A DNA stretch of 64,000 bases, taken from NCBI RefSeq assembly GCF_009914755.1, contig NC_060947.1; one strand, 5' to 3'. This document shows positions 36,876 through 55,606 of the stretch, piece by piece; within the stretch, counting starts at the first letter, position 1, and every line of letters begins with the position of its first letter. The notes under the pieces are model-generated. The model searched no databases. It saw only the letters and a list, made by a program, of their open reading frames with translations, and was not told the origin of the DNA. The DNA is from the human T2T-CHM13v2.0 reference genome, Homo sapiens. The translations under genes were made by a program, and so were the position numbers.

Positions 36876-38579
36876 CTACAAAAGAAAATAACCTCACTGG
36901 CCAGGTCACATTCCTCCAGGTATTTACTGAGGGCCCACTCCATTCAGCGGTGCCTTCGGTGAATTATCCAATGCAGCCCCATCCCAAGGACGTGTCTTAA
37001 TCTGAGGAATAAAATATTGTCCAAGGAGCCAGGAATGGTGGCTCACGCCTCTAATCCAAGCACTTTGGGAGGCTGAGGTGGGAGGACTGCTTCAGCCCAG
37101 GAGTTTGAGGCCAGCCTGAGCAACAGGGCGAGACCACCATCTCAACAAAAAACTTAAAAAATTAGCCAGGCATGATGCTGCACAGCTATGGTCCCAGCTA
37201 CTGGGGAGGCTGAGGTGGGACGATCACTTGAACTCAGGAGGTTGAGGCCAGTGCAGTCCAACCTGGGTGACAGGGTGAGTCCATCTGAAATCACAAAACA
37301 AAACAAAAAGACAACTATGGCAGGCATGAGACGGGGGTACTTCTGACACAGAGGAAGTCAAAATCACCATAGCCCAGGTGGTCAGGAACAGCTTCTCCCA
37401 GGGCATGCTATGATATATATTCTCATCCCCAGTTGCAGATGAGGTAACAGGATCAGAGAGGTTAAGCAACTCACTCAAGGTCACACATCTAGGGAGTGGT
37501 GGTGACCATTTCTCACTGAGGTCTGCTGAAATACAAAAGTCACTCCACCATTTGTGACACCAATCTCTCTTTATATTGTCACCCGTTTTAATTCGCATTC
37601 ATAGACGTATACTTACCTGTGGCTCTCCTTAGTTTCATATTCTCATAAGCGGCTACACACGGTATAGATTTCGTCTTAGCACATCAGGCCTTTCCCTTAA
37701 AGAACCTGAATTTCCCGTGCCCGGCACGACTGCCCAGCCCAGAACTGAACACTTATCTCAAATTAATCTTCCAACCACACACCAAGGAAAGAAAATGGAT
37801 TACTGCCACGTAGAGATTTAATTTGGGTATTTCACGAATTCTGAACTACGATTTGAAATGTAACCACTGTCCAACCAGAAACAGTAAAAACAAAGTGCTT
37901 CCCTATGAAAAGTATTCACAGGACATTTTATTAAATGCCAAAGCATTCCAGGTAAGACACACTGCCCGTTTTATAGGAAGTTGTTGAGATTCTGCTCCTA
38001 AGAATACAGTAGTCCTTTCTCTCTCCACTGCTAGTGCCCTGATAAGCTCAGCCAACCAAGGCCATTCGCTTTTCCATTTGCAAGCAAACACACCAAACTA
38101 CCCTCACACCCACGCACAAATCCAACGCACCCAACGGGTCAGTGAGTAGAGGGAAATGGTATTGGAGATGCAGATGGGAATCTGTGGCTACTCAGAGCAC
38201 CACATTTCTGATGGCGGAGAGGGCTACCGCCCAGGGTCGCCTGTACTCCAGCAAGGTGGACGGCGGAGAGGCCCTCCCTCTCTAAACATGAGACCCTGCA
38301 GCTTGTGCGGCTACTGGACACAAATGGCCTGGACCATTCATTGCGCACGAATGCAGCAATCACACCGCCCATTAAACGCATGTCTAGTCGTATTTCACAT
38401 TACGACCGTCCCTCTGTCACACGTCGGAGAAAGGGTTTGTCGGACGGTTTGTTTCAATAGGGGCAATGCAGTCCTCCTTGAAAACCCTCCAGTCACTGTC
38501 TCCTGCTGTGCGATGGGAGAGGAGGTGGGGAGGGAGGTGATGCCAAGGACACGGTGATTTCTGAACCCGCTGAACACTG

Positions 38580-39480
38580 ATCCTAGCCCAAGTGTAGTCC
38601 CGCCGGCTACCAATGCCCGCGGCATCCTCTTTCTCCGCTGAAAAAGGCCACCCCCAAGTAGGGAACGAGAACAACGCCACCCCCAGAGTGCACGACCGCC
38701 ATTCCCACACCGGGGAGATATGGACGACGTGGAAAATCACCCGCTTCCTTCGAAAGCCCCACTCCCGGCCAGCCCAACCCAGGGATTCGAGTCCCAAGAC
38801 ACCCTGGCCTGTGCTAGGGACAGCCTCCGTCTCGGCCTCTCGCTCTGTCTCTCTGGAAGTCTCTCTCCCACCCCCCGCTCTCAGTCTCTCCCGCGCGCTC
38901 GCTCGCTCTCCGTCTCTCTCGGGCTCTCTCACGCGCGTTCTCGCTCCGGAGCCGGTTCCCGCCGTCCAAGCGCCAACGCGGCGCCTCGTTTCCTCTGCCC
39001 TGGAAACGCAGCGCCGCCCGCTCGTAATTGAAGGGTTAAGACCATCGAGAGGAGCCGCCCTCCGGCGGGCTAGAGGCGCCGCAGCGCGGAAGGGGGCGCC
39101 GGCGAGGATGTGCTCACGTCACAGGGATGCGACGCCGCTGAGAAACTGAACCTTTGATTGGCTGCCGCGGACCGCCGGAGCCGGAAGACGGAGCGGTTGG
39201 GTGGCTTCTCGCGACCCACGCCGCTCGGGTGGACTGCGAGGGGAGAAGGCGTGGAGGTCATCCCTTCCGGAGGTGCGCCGCGGCGTTCCCGGAGCGGCTT
39301 CTCTGAAGCGTGGCTTGTGGACTGCCGAATGCTTCCGGAGGCCATGGGAAGACACTCCCTGTAGCGGACGTGACTTCCCGGGCGAGGGACGTGGGAACTG
39401 GGCTGGAGGGTTGGGAGGCGGCCGACTTCTCCTGTGATTGGCTGGAGTTTTGAGCTAGGGCGCGCCGCTGAGAACCGACA
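38580..39480 (-). promoter_or_regulatory. FAM156A: CpG-island promoter of FAM156A
   Basis: CpG-dense; two minus-strand CCAAT boxes (39157-39161, 39437-39441); ETS-like ccggaag cores; lies upstream of the predicted UTR exons. Confidence 0.8.
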
Positions 39481-39833
39481 CGTGCTGTTTCATTTTTTTT
39501 TTTTTTTTTTTTTTTACTGTTTTTGCATGAATGATAAATGCACCTTGGTAAAGACAGAAACCAAACAATCCAATACATTGAAATTATTCAGGCTACTGCC
39601 TTAGGGAGAGCGCCCCAGAAGTGGAAATCACACTGTTGGGGTAACCGGGGCGGGGCGGGGGTGTCTTTTACTTTCATAGGAAGGAGTACACCGGTTTCAG
39701 TGGGGAGATTTATGGGGCAGGGTTTTTTGTTTTTTTTTTAATCAGCGGAAGTCTCAGCCAGCTGAACAGGGAATGTTTCTCTCTGTGCCTAGCTACTTTT
39801 AGGAGGACAGACTTCCCGTCTAAGTGAATCATT

Positions 39834-40356
39834 TGTGATACCCTACCTTGTTTTAACCTGAGTGACTCTTTCCTAGCAGAGAGAGCCGGACAGACTCCAT
39901 TTTAGTTTCTTCACTTGCAGCCCCCTTTATCCCCCTTAAGGGAATAACTAGTGCAAGCTGAGTCCAAGCACATCCAAGAATACACCTGCTGGTAAGATAT
40001 TGAGGCAGGCTGTACCAACAGCTCGGGAATGTGCTCGGTGGAAGGTACCTAAAAGCCCCTGCATTTATCTCTTAATCATAGTTTAAGCCCCTGCACCTGG
40101 AACTGTTTATTTTTTGTAACTGCTTCTATAACCAATTAATTTTTTTTTAACTTTTTGCCTATTCTGCTTCTGTAAAATTGCTTCAGCTAAACTCCCCCCT
40201 CCCCTGTTTAGACCACGGTATAAAAACAAAACTAGCCCCTTCCTTGGGGCCGAGAGAATTTTGAGCGTTAGCTGCCTGTAGGTCGCCAGCTAATAAAGGT
40301 CCCCTTAATTTGTCTCAAAAGTGTGGCGTTTCTCTATAACTCGCTTGGTTACAACA
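39834..40356 (+). mobile_element. Solo ERV1 LTR, LTR6-like (HERV-S71/HERV-T group)
   Basis: TG...CA termini, perfect 4-bp TSD CATT (39830-39833, 40357-40360), TATAAAA at about 40219, AATAAA at 40292-40297. Family assigned from the recalled consensus start tgtgataccctaccttgttttaacctg. Confidence 0.85.
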
Positions 40357-41429
40357 CATTCATGAGACAAAAGAACAAGGACTGGTGGTGTCTGCCATCT
40401 GGGAGTCACGGCACAGAGTGGGCAGACAGCATCCCTTATCTAAGTCTCATGGAGAATAATTGGTCCTGTGTGGTCAGTGACTTCCCAGAACACGAAAGTG
40501 TACAGAGATTTCTTTACCGTGGCGTATTTCAGGAGTCAAGTGACACGCAACAATGTCTGTCCTAGCAGATACATGGATAGTAGATTCCTTTTTAACCCTG
40601 GAAGAAGCCGCCTCGTGAACAGCAGTTTATGAAGGAAGGAAACATGAACCATTCTCCCAGAATATTATCATTTCATTTTACAAATGAAGTAACTGAGCCA
40701 CAAAGAGATTAAGTAACCTCCCCAAAGTCGTACAAGAAATAAATGGTGGAGTCTCGATTTAAATCCAGGTGTCTGTGACTTCATCCCCTTCGTGCTGTGC
40801 AGCCATACACTGTCATTTCCAAATCCACACATGTGGCTCGATTCTCTCCCTGGATCTACAGATTTCTTCCGCCAACTGACAACCCCACAGGCCCGTTGCA
40901 CTCACCTCCCATCCAGCATCCTGGGCAGTGGGAGATGGCTTCCCAGAGAAGAGAGTGTTAGAGATCCTGGGTCCCAAATGCCCTGTCCAGCCCCTGGAGG
41001 GAGAGGTGGGCTTCAAGAGGAAGTTTAGAAGATTTAAAGAGAGTTTATTTGTCTGAGGGACAGGCTGATGGGCTATTACAGCACACACGTGATAATAAAC
41101 ACCTGTTACTTTGAATTTATGTATTTACTTATTTGTTTAGTATTGGCAATACATGCCGAATGGTGGTGATACCCAAAGCAGACAGGTAAAATCAAGCCAC
41201 TGTATGGGCAAGTCGAGACATTCCCATTTTACTTGGGAAGACCTGACAAGAAAATACCACTCTGCAGTATAAAAGGAGAACATTCTCCTAGACTCAACAA
41301 ATGAAACTAATTAGTTATTTTTTCTAATTATTCTTATTCTCCTATTACAGATGAGGCACGGTAAGCACAGGGAGGTTAGGTCAGCTCTGCGAAGTCTTCA
41401 AGTCATAAGTCGTTGAGTCCCATAGCAAG

Positions 41430-41890
41430 TACTGCTCAGCATGTCCCAAAGTGAACGCACCCATCCCCACTCAGCACGCCTGCCCCTCCTCCTGTGCTGC
41501 CTGACTCAGTGACAGGCACCACCCTCTACCCAGCAGCTTGGGCCAAAGATCTTGAAAGCCATCCTTGATTGCTGCCTCTTACCACCCCCACAGTTGACCG
41601 AGCCTGGCCAGTTAGACCTCCCAAGTTTTTCTAAGTGAGACCTTGACACTGACTCCTCTCCATCACCACAGGAAGTTCCCTAGTCCAGTCACCCTCATCT
41701 CCCTCCTCGATGACCACCAACAATTCATAGCTCATCTTGCTGCCAGTCTTGACCCCTTCCCACGCATTCTCTGTCCCAGTGAGTGGGGCACCTTTCTTGA
41801 CTGCTAATCTGGTCATGTCAAACCTTTTCAAATTCTACTAGGGCTGCCTGCTGCCCTTAGGATAAAGTCCAGCCTCCTGGATTAGGGGTA
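41430..41890 (+). mobile_element. L2 fragment
   Basis: tcagtgacaggcaccaccctctacccag...cccattcttgat-like text...gcccttaggataaagtccagcctcct. Confidence 0.65.
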
Positions 41891-43894
41891 TCAGGCCCCA
41901 GCTACTACCAGGCCTCTCTCTGTCTAGCGTGCACGCTCGCTCTCTCGCTGTCTCTCTCTCGTGTCTGCCGCCTCACAACCGCCCTTCCCTCTGTCTGGCC
42001 TGCACTTGCTCCATCAACCGCTGCCTGATTGCTCCTTACCTTCAGCTCTCAAGTGAAGGAGAGCAAATTATACTTTACCTAGGGAGCAACTGGATGAAAA
42101 GGCATGCTTAGTGGGTTTGATATTTTTACTGAATAGCACATGATGGAGATTCATGAAAATTCCCCCAATGGGCCAACCAACTGGAATGTCACGTGAGAGT
42201 AGGGTTTTTAGGAAAAGTTTACTTGCAAAAATAGGATGCAGGAAGGTAACTGAGGAAGGTGACAGGTTCATTTGCCTGACTGTAGCAATTATTTCACTGT
42301 GTGTGTGTGTGTGTGTATAACAACATGTTTTATACCTTAAATATATACAATAAAACATAATAATAAAGATACACAACATAGATCTCTCCTTCATTCCTAT
42401 AGACTCATCATGTGTGAACATGGAGTTTGGAATTGTGGCCCCAGGTTCAGTACCATGAAGTGATGTGGGCTGAGGACCTGCCTCACAGCTGGTTCTTCCT
42501 GCCATAGAGTGAACTGTGAGGCTTCGCTTCATTCACTACAGCCTGTTATTTCAGCTCCTAGCATTGCACACCTGAATATGAATGGAAGTGTCTGCTTTGG
42601 ACATATGGACAATAAAAGAGAAAAGATGGAAATGGCCCTGGTCCTGCCACCATCAGCCCAAGCCCAAACCCTGGCTGGAGGGTAGACTGGACTCCCACTG
42701 TCCTGGCACGCTGGCCTGCACACTGATGTGCCTCTAACATGGCACAGTGTGAATGGCTCTCTCTCCCTGGAGCCTGGTTGTTGAGGACCTACTGTGTGCT
42801 ACTCATGTACAGTGTTGATTTCCCAAAGACCCAGAGAGGTAAGTATCAAACTCCCATCTACAGATAAGGAACCAAGCTGAAAGAGGTCAGGGCACTGAGG
42901 CAGAAAAGGCTGGATCTGGGACTCACACGCGGGTTCTGTCAGACTCCAAAGCCAGGCCTCTTTAAACTCACGACAACGTACTTTGCTTATGCTCCCCATG
43001 CTGAGCTGCAGATATTATTCTGTGATGGGACAGTCAGCTTGGTCCTAACACGACGTCCCCCTGTGAGATCCAGGCCCCTGGCAGGGCAAAGCCACCCTGA
43101 AAAGTTCTAACACAGTCCACAGGAGCTGCCCTGGCGTCCCTTGCCTCACAGCTACCAGTCGAGTTTAGCTTCTGCGCCTCCACCGGGAGGCGCTTTGCCC
43201 TATCACAGAGACACTTGCAATCCACCCCCGCCCTAAATTACATCTCCATCAGCCTCACTTTATTTAACAGATAAGAAGAATCTAGAGGCAAACAGAGCAG
43301 AGGCAGCGTTAGCGGCTGCAACACAGCTGTGGAGTTGATCAGACTCCAAATGTGGTGTGGAAATCAACAGACTGAGAATGGGAATCTAGTTCCTCTTGTT
43401 CTTCGGCTCTCTGGACTGTAAGCTGTGCAGAATCAAAGTGCCTGCCGCACAAACCTCCCCTCTTCTGAAGAGTCTGCCCTGACCCAACCCTTGCACACAC
43501 ACATCCCTCAGGTGAGGGTAGGGTGGTCTCCTGTGTACTCCTAGGGGACCGTGGGTTGAATTCTGCCATGGCTCTCCTTACCCCCCAAGTGTGGGGGTCA
43601 TCTGCCAGCAAGGATACAGCCGAAACCTCCCCCTGTCCCCAGAGTGTCCGGTCAGCACTTCAGAACAAGTTTATTCAGTTAATAAAGGAATTTCACCCAG
43701 AGTACTTGGTCAGTAATGGCTATGATGGTAGCAGCTCTGTGTGCCTTAGAAATGCTCCAGGAGAATCGAGTGAACAGAGGACATCTGTGCAATGAGATTC
43801 TCCTCCCCTGGAGTTCGGGAGGAGGGTTGTACCTTTCCTCTCTTCCCTAATTCCAGAACTCCTAGTAAAAGAGGCTACAAAATTATTTGTTTAT

Positions 43895-44302
<408 letters not shown>

Positions 44303-44944
44303 TAGGGAAAAACGACTATTGATTGGGTTCAGGCGTCCTAATCGAGTATGTGGTTCTGTGGCTGCAACACAGATGTCCACAGTGACAAGGACATGAACAC
44401 CTGGATGAACGCGTCTGTCAAGTCTGGGTGGGCTGCATCAGTGCCTTTGCCTGTCCTGTCTCTTGCCTAAGCCCTCCTGGTTCTGACTGCTCCTGCCTGG
44501 GTCCCTCCTTCACCTGAACTCTGCAGGCTGCACAGACATGCTTTCTGTATCTGTGGCCCTTCATTGTCCCTTTCCGTGTCACTGGCAGAGCAGAAGCTTA
44601 CCTGGCCTGACAGGATCCCGTCCTTGTCACCGTGGCACCTCCAGCCTTCTGTTCAGCTTCCTGCTGGTGTGCTAGTGTCCTTGTGGCATCTGCGCCATGT
44701 TGGAACGACTCAGCCTCTGACTTTTTTCCAACTGCTCCCTCTGTCTGGAAGGCCTTCACCACAGATATCTGCTTGACTGACTCCTCCCCCTTCACATCTT
44801 TGTCAAATTGTCACCTTCTCAACCCAGCCTACCCTAGTCACTCTGTTATAATTTACCTGCAGCTAACCCAGTGCCTCCCCCAATTCCCAATCCCTGTACT
44901 GTGATCTGTATATTTTTTCTTTTTAACACAGCCCCCATCATCTT

Positions 44945-45831
44945 TGTAAACTAAATATAAAATTCTAAGCCCCACTCCCCAACCATCTGAATGGACCCTT
45001 CCTCTCGGCCAAAGCTTTTCCAAAGTTAGCCTGAAAAAGTAGTTCAGGCCATGATGGGAAGGGTGGGTCAGACATGCGTCATTACACCCTTCTCCCTATG
45101 GAATTCAGGCACAACTGACCAGCATTTATGTTAAGGGAGAGATCTTAAGACTGTGGCAATAAGACACCAAGTTCCAGCCTGACTAGTATAGCATCACATA
45201 ACAAATAGGCCCTGAAAGAAGTCAAAGTGTTTCATCCAACAATACATTTCTTTGACACATTTTGAAATAGGCCTACAAAGCCATCTCTTGTGAGGAAGTC
45301 TACATTCTGTAGAGAATCCCTTTCCCTTTCCAGGTCTTTTTCCTGGTCTAGGAGAGAATTAGTTCCCAAGAGTCCAGCAACTTTTAAGGTCTGATAAGAA
45401 ATATTTACAGTCTATTCTCTCTGAAGCCGGCTGCCTCGGGACTTCATTGGCATAATAAGAACCTTGATCTCCACAACCCCTTATCTTAACCCAGACACTC
45501 CCTCCTATGGATTGGAGGTCTTTAGATAAACTCAAGCAATTGCCAATCAGAAAATCTTTGAATCCACTTATGACCTGTAAGACCCCACCGCCCCTCCACC
45601 GCCCGCCAACTTGTAGTTGTCCCGCCTTTTCAGAAGGAATCAATGTATGTCGTACATGCATTGATTGATGTCTTATGTCTCCCTAAAGTGTATAAAGCGA
45701 AGCTGTACCCTGACGACCTTGGGGATGTTTCGTCAGGACCTCCTGAGGTTGTGTCAGGGGCACGTCCTTAACCTTGGCAAAATAAACTTCTAAATTGATT
45801 GAGACCTGTCTCGGGTACGTTTTGGTTCATA
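44945..45831 (+). mobile_element. Solo MER4-family LTR (MER4D/E-like) inserted in an L2 fragment (about 44590-46020)
   Basis: tgtaaactaaatataaaattctaagcccc...catctgaatggaccc...ccttggcaaaataaacttctaaattgattgagacctgtctc; flanks tctt/actt. Confidence 0.85.
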
Positions 45832-48800
45832 ACTTCTAACGTTTCCTAGATTCCCTTGTGGAGGGTTTGCTGTCTGCCACCTACCACGTCCTCTTCGGGG
45901 AATGTCAGATCCAGGGCAGGGATTTCTGTTGATTTGCTTCCCTGAGGTATCCCTACACCTCAAGCAGTGCCTGGCACGTAGAAGACTTTCATACATATTT
46001 GTTGCCTGAAGGAACACATATGCCTCCCCCACTAGACTGTGAGACCATTCAGGGTCTCGTTCTCCCCTGTATGATGGAGCCCTCTATGCATGCTTGTGTC
46101 ATGGTGCAAAGAGCCTCACAAAATAACAGAATTAAACCGTGCATGTCTTAGAGATGGAGGAGATACTCTGGAGGTAGTTTCTACTTTCTTCAGCCCAACA
46201 CACATTTCTCTTGAATGGTCTGTGCCCATTACTCCTACATTTCAGCTGAGACGGTCTCGGGCCCACACCTCCCCCTGACCACAGATGGCATCTACCTGTG
46301 TCCCCTCCCTTCCCTAGCCCCGAATTCTGCATTCAGAAGCACCGTGCGTTTGCAGGAAAGGGCTGAGATGCCGCTCTGTAGATCCTCATCATGTAAAGGT
46401 GAAGTTAAGGTTTGGGAAGATGATCCAAACAGCTAGAGACTCCTGCCATCCCACCAGGGCACAGGGGATCCCGGGTTTGATGCATGTGTTCTGGGAGAGC
46501 TGCAAGAGGGATGTTGTGTCCAGGTTATTTTCTGGGTGTCAGTGACATCTTGCAGGAGACAGACCACACGACCCAGGAACACATGGGCAGGTCCTGTTCA
46601 TCGCTGAGAGAGAGGGTCCCTGCTCTGTGTCTTTTATCAGAGACACAGAAGAAACTCCTCCGCACAGTGAGATCTCCACAAGTGGTGCTGAGGGGGACCT
46701 GTGACTCTCAAAGCAGTCGCATGACTCCAACCCCAGGGGCAGCTGTGAAGGAAGCTGGCCGTGTAAACTCAGGGGTCTAGATAAGTAAGCGTGGCTGTGG
46801 CAGGCTGGAGTGGACGAGTCTGGGAAAGTCAACTCAAGACAACCTCTCACTGACTGTACAGGGTGAGACCCAAATATCAGGAGAAGGTCACAAACAACTC
46901 ATGTCTGAACTTTGCTATGTGACAGTGTCTCTCATGCTTGAGATGATCTCCCAAAGAGCTCAGACGTTTCAATCCCTGGAACACGGAACCAAAGACAGAA
47001 CAGGCCTCCCTCCAAAACATACATCTCCTACCAGCTCTGAAACGTCCTATCCTGGACACACACACTCTCAGATACCTCAGGGACCTCACAGGCTGGGTCA
47101 CAAAGCCCAAGAGACCCCAGTGACATAGAAAACCCAGACAACAACCCAGGAACAAGCAGCTCAGAGACCTCAACCCTGGACACACAACACTGAACAGTTC
47201 GCAGAACTCAGACCCCTCCAAGAACTCAGTGAAGGAGGACACAGACACTAAACCTGCTCAGAGACATCAGATTCTAAAATTCAGACCCACGTGCGTGTGA
47301 GCAACTTTAGAACCTGTGATGTAGAAAACGGATTACCTCACGGACCTCACAGCCCGGACCCAGAAGCCCACAAAACCACAGTGCGCACACCCTGAGATGC
47401 GGACACAGAAACAGTTGAGGGGACCGGGACAGGGAACACAGAGGCCTTGGGCACAATGTTCCCTGCAACAAACACCTAGGAGACCTCAGAGTGTGGGACA
47501 CACCATTCCCACACAGCACAGAGTTTACAACCTGAGACACAGCAACTCCTCAACATGTCAGCAGCCTCAACCCCTGCGGTGCAGACTCATAACCGGGTAG
47601 GGAGGACACACTCAGGACGCAGGACCCCAAAAGGATCAGACACCTTTCGTGAGTTTGGAATAACCTCAGTGTTCTCACAACCTAGGATATGGAGCCCCAA
47701 GGGGCGCTATTGTGTCCTATCATTGACACAGACACTCGGGAGAGCTCAAACCCTACTTCCTGAAATCAGAACTGCTCCCATGCCTTGCATTCTAGACACA
47801 ATACCTAAAGCAGATCAGACACCTCACATGCTGGGAGAGAGAACCCTGATCAGCCCAGAGGACTGTCACCCCAGACACAAGCCCTCCACAGCTCAGAGAC
47901 CTGCCGACCTGGGACGCTACCCTCCAAATTGGTCAGAGGCCTCAGAATCTGGGCACAGAGCCTGAAAAAGCTCAGCAGAATGACATCTTGCGTTGGAGAC
48001 ACCTAAAAAGTCACTTGGTACAGGACACGTGTCAGATGCAGTCACAGCAAGAGATCACCCAGGCTCATGAGGCAGACATGGAGACACAGGGAGACAGAGA
48101 CAGACAGAGTCAAAGGGAGCAATGAGGTGGGGGAGGGATTGAGGATTAGGGAGAGCATTTCTGGACACCTTCTGTCCTCACGGAGTTAGCCTCGATCTCA
48201 GGACCCGGGCCCAGGCAGCCGAATAACCTTTTGTTTTCCAGGCGAAGGGAGACCCCGGTTTCTGCCCTCAGAGGCTGTTTCTGGGCCTAGGCCACATCCA
48301 GGAGGGCAGGAGCTGGCCCAGGCACACAGGGGAGCCCTTTACCCATCAAAATGGGGATCCATTCTAGGTTTGGAGGGTTCATGCCATCATGAGGTGGAAC
48401 CCTGTGCCCCTAAGGCCCCAGCTGCCCTCCTGCTGAGGTGCTGCTGTCCTGGTGTGGGGAAGGGGTGTCTCTGCCCCGGTGGAATAAGAGCATGAACCTG
48501 TGCTGCTTACGAAAGTGCTGGAAGCTTCCCCCAACCTTGGGACTGCTTGTCCACACCCTCTTCATCCGCCCTGAGCAAGTCTGCTTCAGCCTCCTGGGCA
48601 AGTGCACTCAGGAGGCACGGCGGCCACCTGGCTTCTCTCTGCCCTCTGTGGCCCTGAACAGAAGGGCACCTGCAGATCTTTCGCAAGGGAGTGAAGCAGA
48701 GGCAGCTAAAGTGGAGCCTGAAGTAGCTGGCCGTGCTGTGCTGAGGATCCGTGGCACAGACCAAGAGCTGACACTGAGGGGTGCTGCTGTCCCTCCCCAG

Positions 48801-49293
48801 TTATCCTCCCTGTGCCATGAGAGACCCGTCCCCCCGACCCCACTCCCTACCTCTAAATGCCTGATTCTGCTTTACAAGAGACAGCACACGAGGGTATCCA
48901 TGCTTCTTGCAGGGCTTTGTGCAAACGGAAGGAGCCCAGACATCTCCCTGCCCCATCTCCTCTAGACCAGCCCTAGGGCAGGGCTATTTGCTCATGGATG
49001 AAAACAGCTGTAAGGCTGTGGAATTCGGGGACTGAGGCCCAGGTGGGCCTGGCCGGTAGGCCTGATCCTCCTGGCGGACACACTCAGTGGCCCATCTCTG
49101 ATTCCCTGGTGGACGTGCACTCCCGCAGGACCACAGGAGCCCAGTGTCGCATCTTCAGCATTTCCTCCAGCGCTCTGAACACAGTCCGGGCTTAATCAAT
49201 GCCTGGTGGGATGCTCTCTGACTGAAGAACCCAGCTCTTAGCTACGCTCACCCAAACACCTGTCCCTGCTTAATGCCTAAAATCCCATATTTA

Positions 49294-53760
<4,467 letters not shown>

Positions 53761-54091
53761 TAAATTCACATTTATAGCTGCTGCAAAAAAAAAGAGAGAA
53801 AATAACTACAGCAACAACACAACTGAAGTCCAGTTCAGCTACTGAAAAGATTGATTCAAACCCCAACACCAATGCTCTGGCAGAAAAAGAAAGGAAGACA
53901 CACTACATACAGAGGAACAAATTTAAAGTCATCCATCAGACTTCTCATCAGAATCTGTGCAACCCAGAACTTTCTAATCAGCACAATTTTTTTTAATGAA
54001 TGTGACATAAACATGTTTACACAAACAGGTAAACAAACAAAAATGGGGAGAAAAGTCACTGTCAACAGATTTGTCCTACAAACCATGTTAA

Positions 54092-54633
<542 letters not shown>

Positions 54634-55092
54634 AAGACTTTTTTCTTGTAGCTAATCTCTTTAAAAGAAAATTGACTGTCAAATAGTAACAATGTATTGT
54701 GGGGCTCTGACATAGGTAGACATATAATGTAAGACAACAATAGCAGAAAGCTGGGGAGAAAGGAAATGGAAGTATACAGCTGTAAGAGTCTCACAGTGTA
54801 CATGAAGTGGTAGGACATTACTTGAAGTCTGGCAGGAATTTTTGCATTTTTTGTGTGGGATCAGTAGATTGACCATTATCCTACAATTTGACATAAACTC
54901 CATGAGGGCGGGGATGTGTCTTTTTTTATTGTATGTCCCAGACACTCAGCACAGTACCTAGAACATAGTTGAGGCTTGGCAAATGACTGTTCAACAAATT
55001 AAGTTTTTTTTTGAGACAGGGTCTCACTATATTGCCCAGGCTGGAGTGCAGTGCCCTGATCATGGCTCACTGCAACCTCCACCTCCTGGGCA

Positions 55093-55543
55093 GAGAAAAG
55101 TGACTTTATTTCAGACAGCCAGCAAGCCAAGACGATGATGGACTAATGACCTATGGAGCCATCTTAAGGGGCATGAATCTCAAGCTTCTTTTTACAGGCA
55201 AGGGAGAATCAGGAAAGGGTGAGGTCAGGAGGAGAATGGTGACCACAGACATCTAGGTGTCAACGGGAGCCCAGGGAGGTTGCAAAACATCTTTGTCCTT
55301 GGTCAGGTCACAGCGCTCCCATAAACCTTTCACACAACATTGCTGCTTGTGTGTACACCCTTCTCATCTCCTCGGGGCTGGGTTCCGAAAGGGACTATTA
55401 TCATCTTTGCTTTGAAGTTAAACCCTACACTAAATTCCTCCCATAGTTAGCTTGGCCTACGTGCGGGAATGAGCAAAGGCAGTTAGCTCCTCAGGTCAGA
55501 AGCAAGACAGAGCAAGCCCTGGTCGATTTCTCTCACTATTTCA
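55093..55543 (-). mobile_element. ERV1 LTR, MER4-group-like
   Basis: Antisense AATAAA at about 55104; ccttggtcaggtcacag...ctaaattcctcccatagttagcttggcctacg...gaatgagcaa typical of LTR8/LTR26-type LTRs; ends in ...tttca. Confidence 0.65.
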
Positions 55544-55566
55544 GGTGCGCCCTCCCTCTCTGTTAA

Positions 55567-55606
<40 letters not shown>

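Noticed and set aside
38417-39149. 171-aa and 178-aa ORFs in the FAM156A CpG island
   Set aside because: Low-complexity, (CT)n-derived and GC-driven open frames with no homology I recognise.
48410-48965. 175-aa + ORF and minus-strand frames starting ACG GAT CCT CAG (TDPQ, resembling MDP.Q)
   Set aside because: No further Stella/FAM156 motifs follow in any frame; treated as chance.
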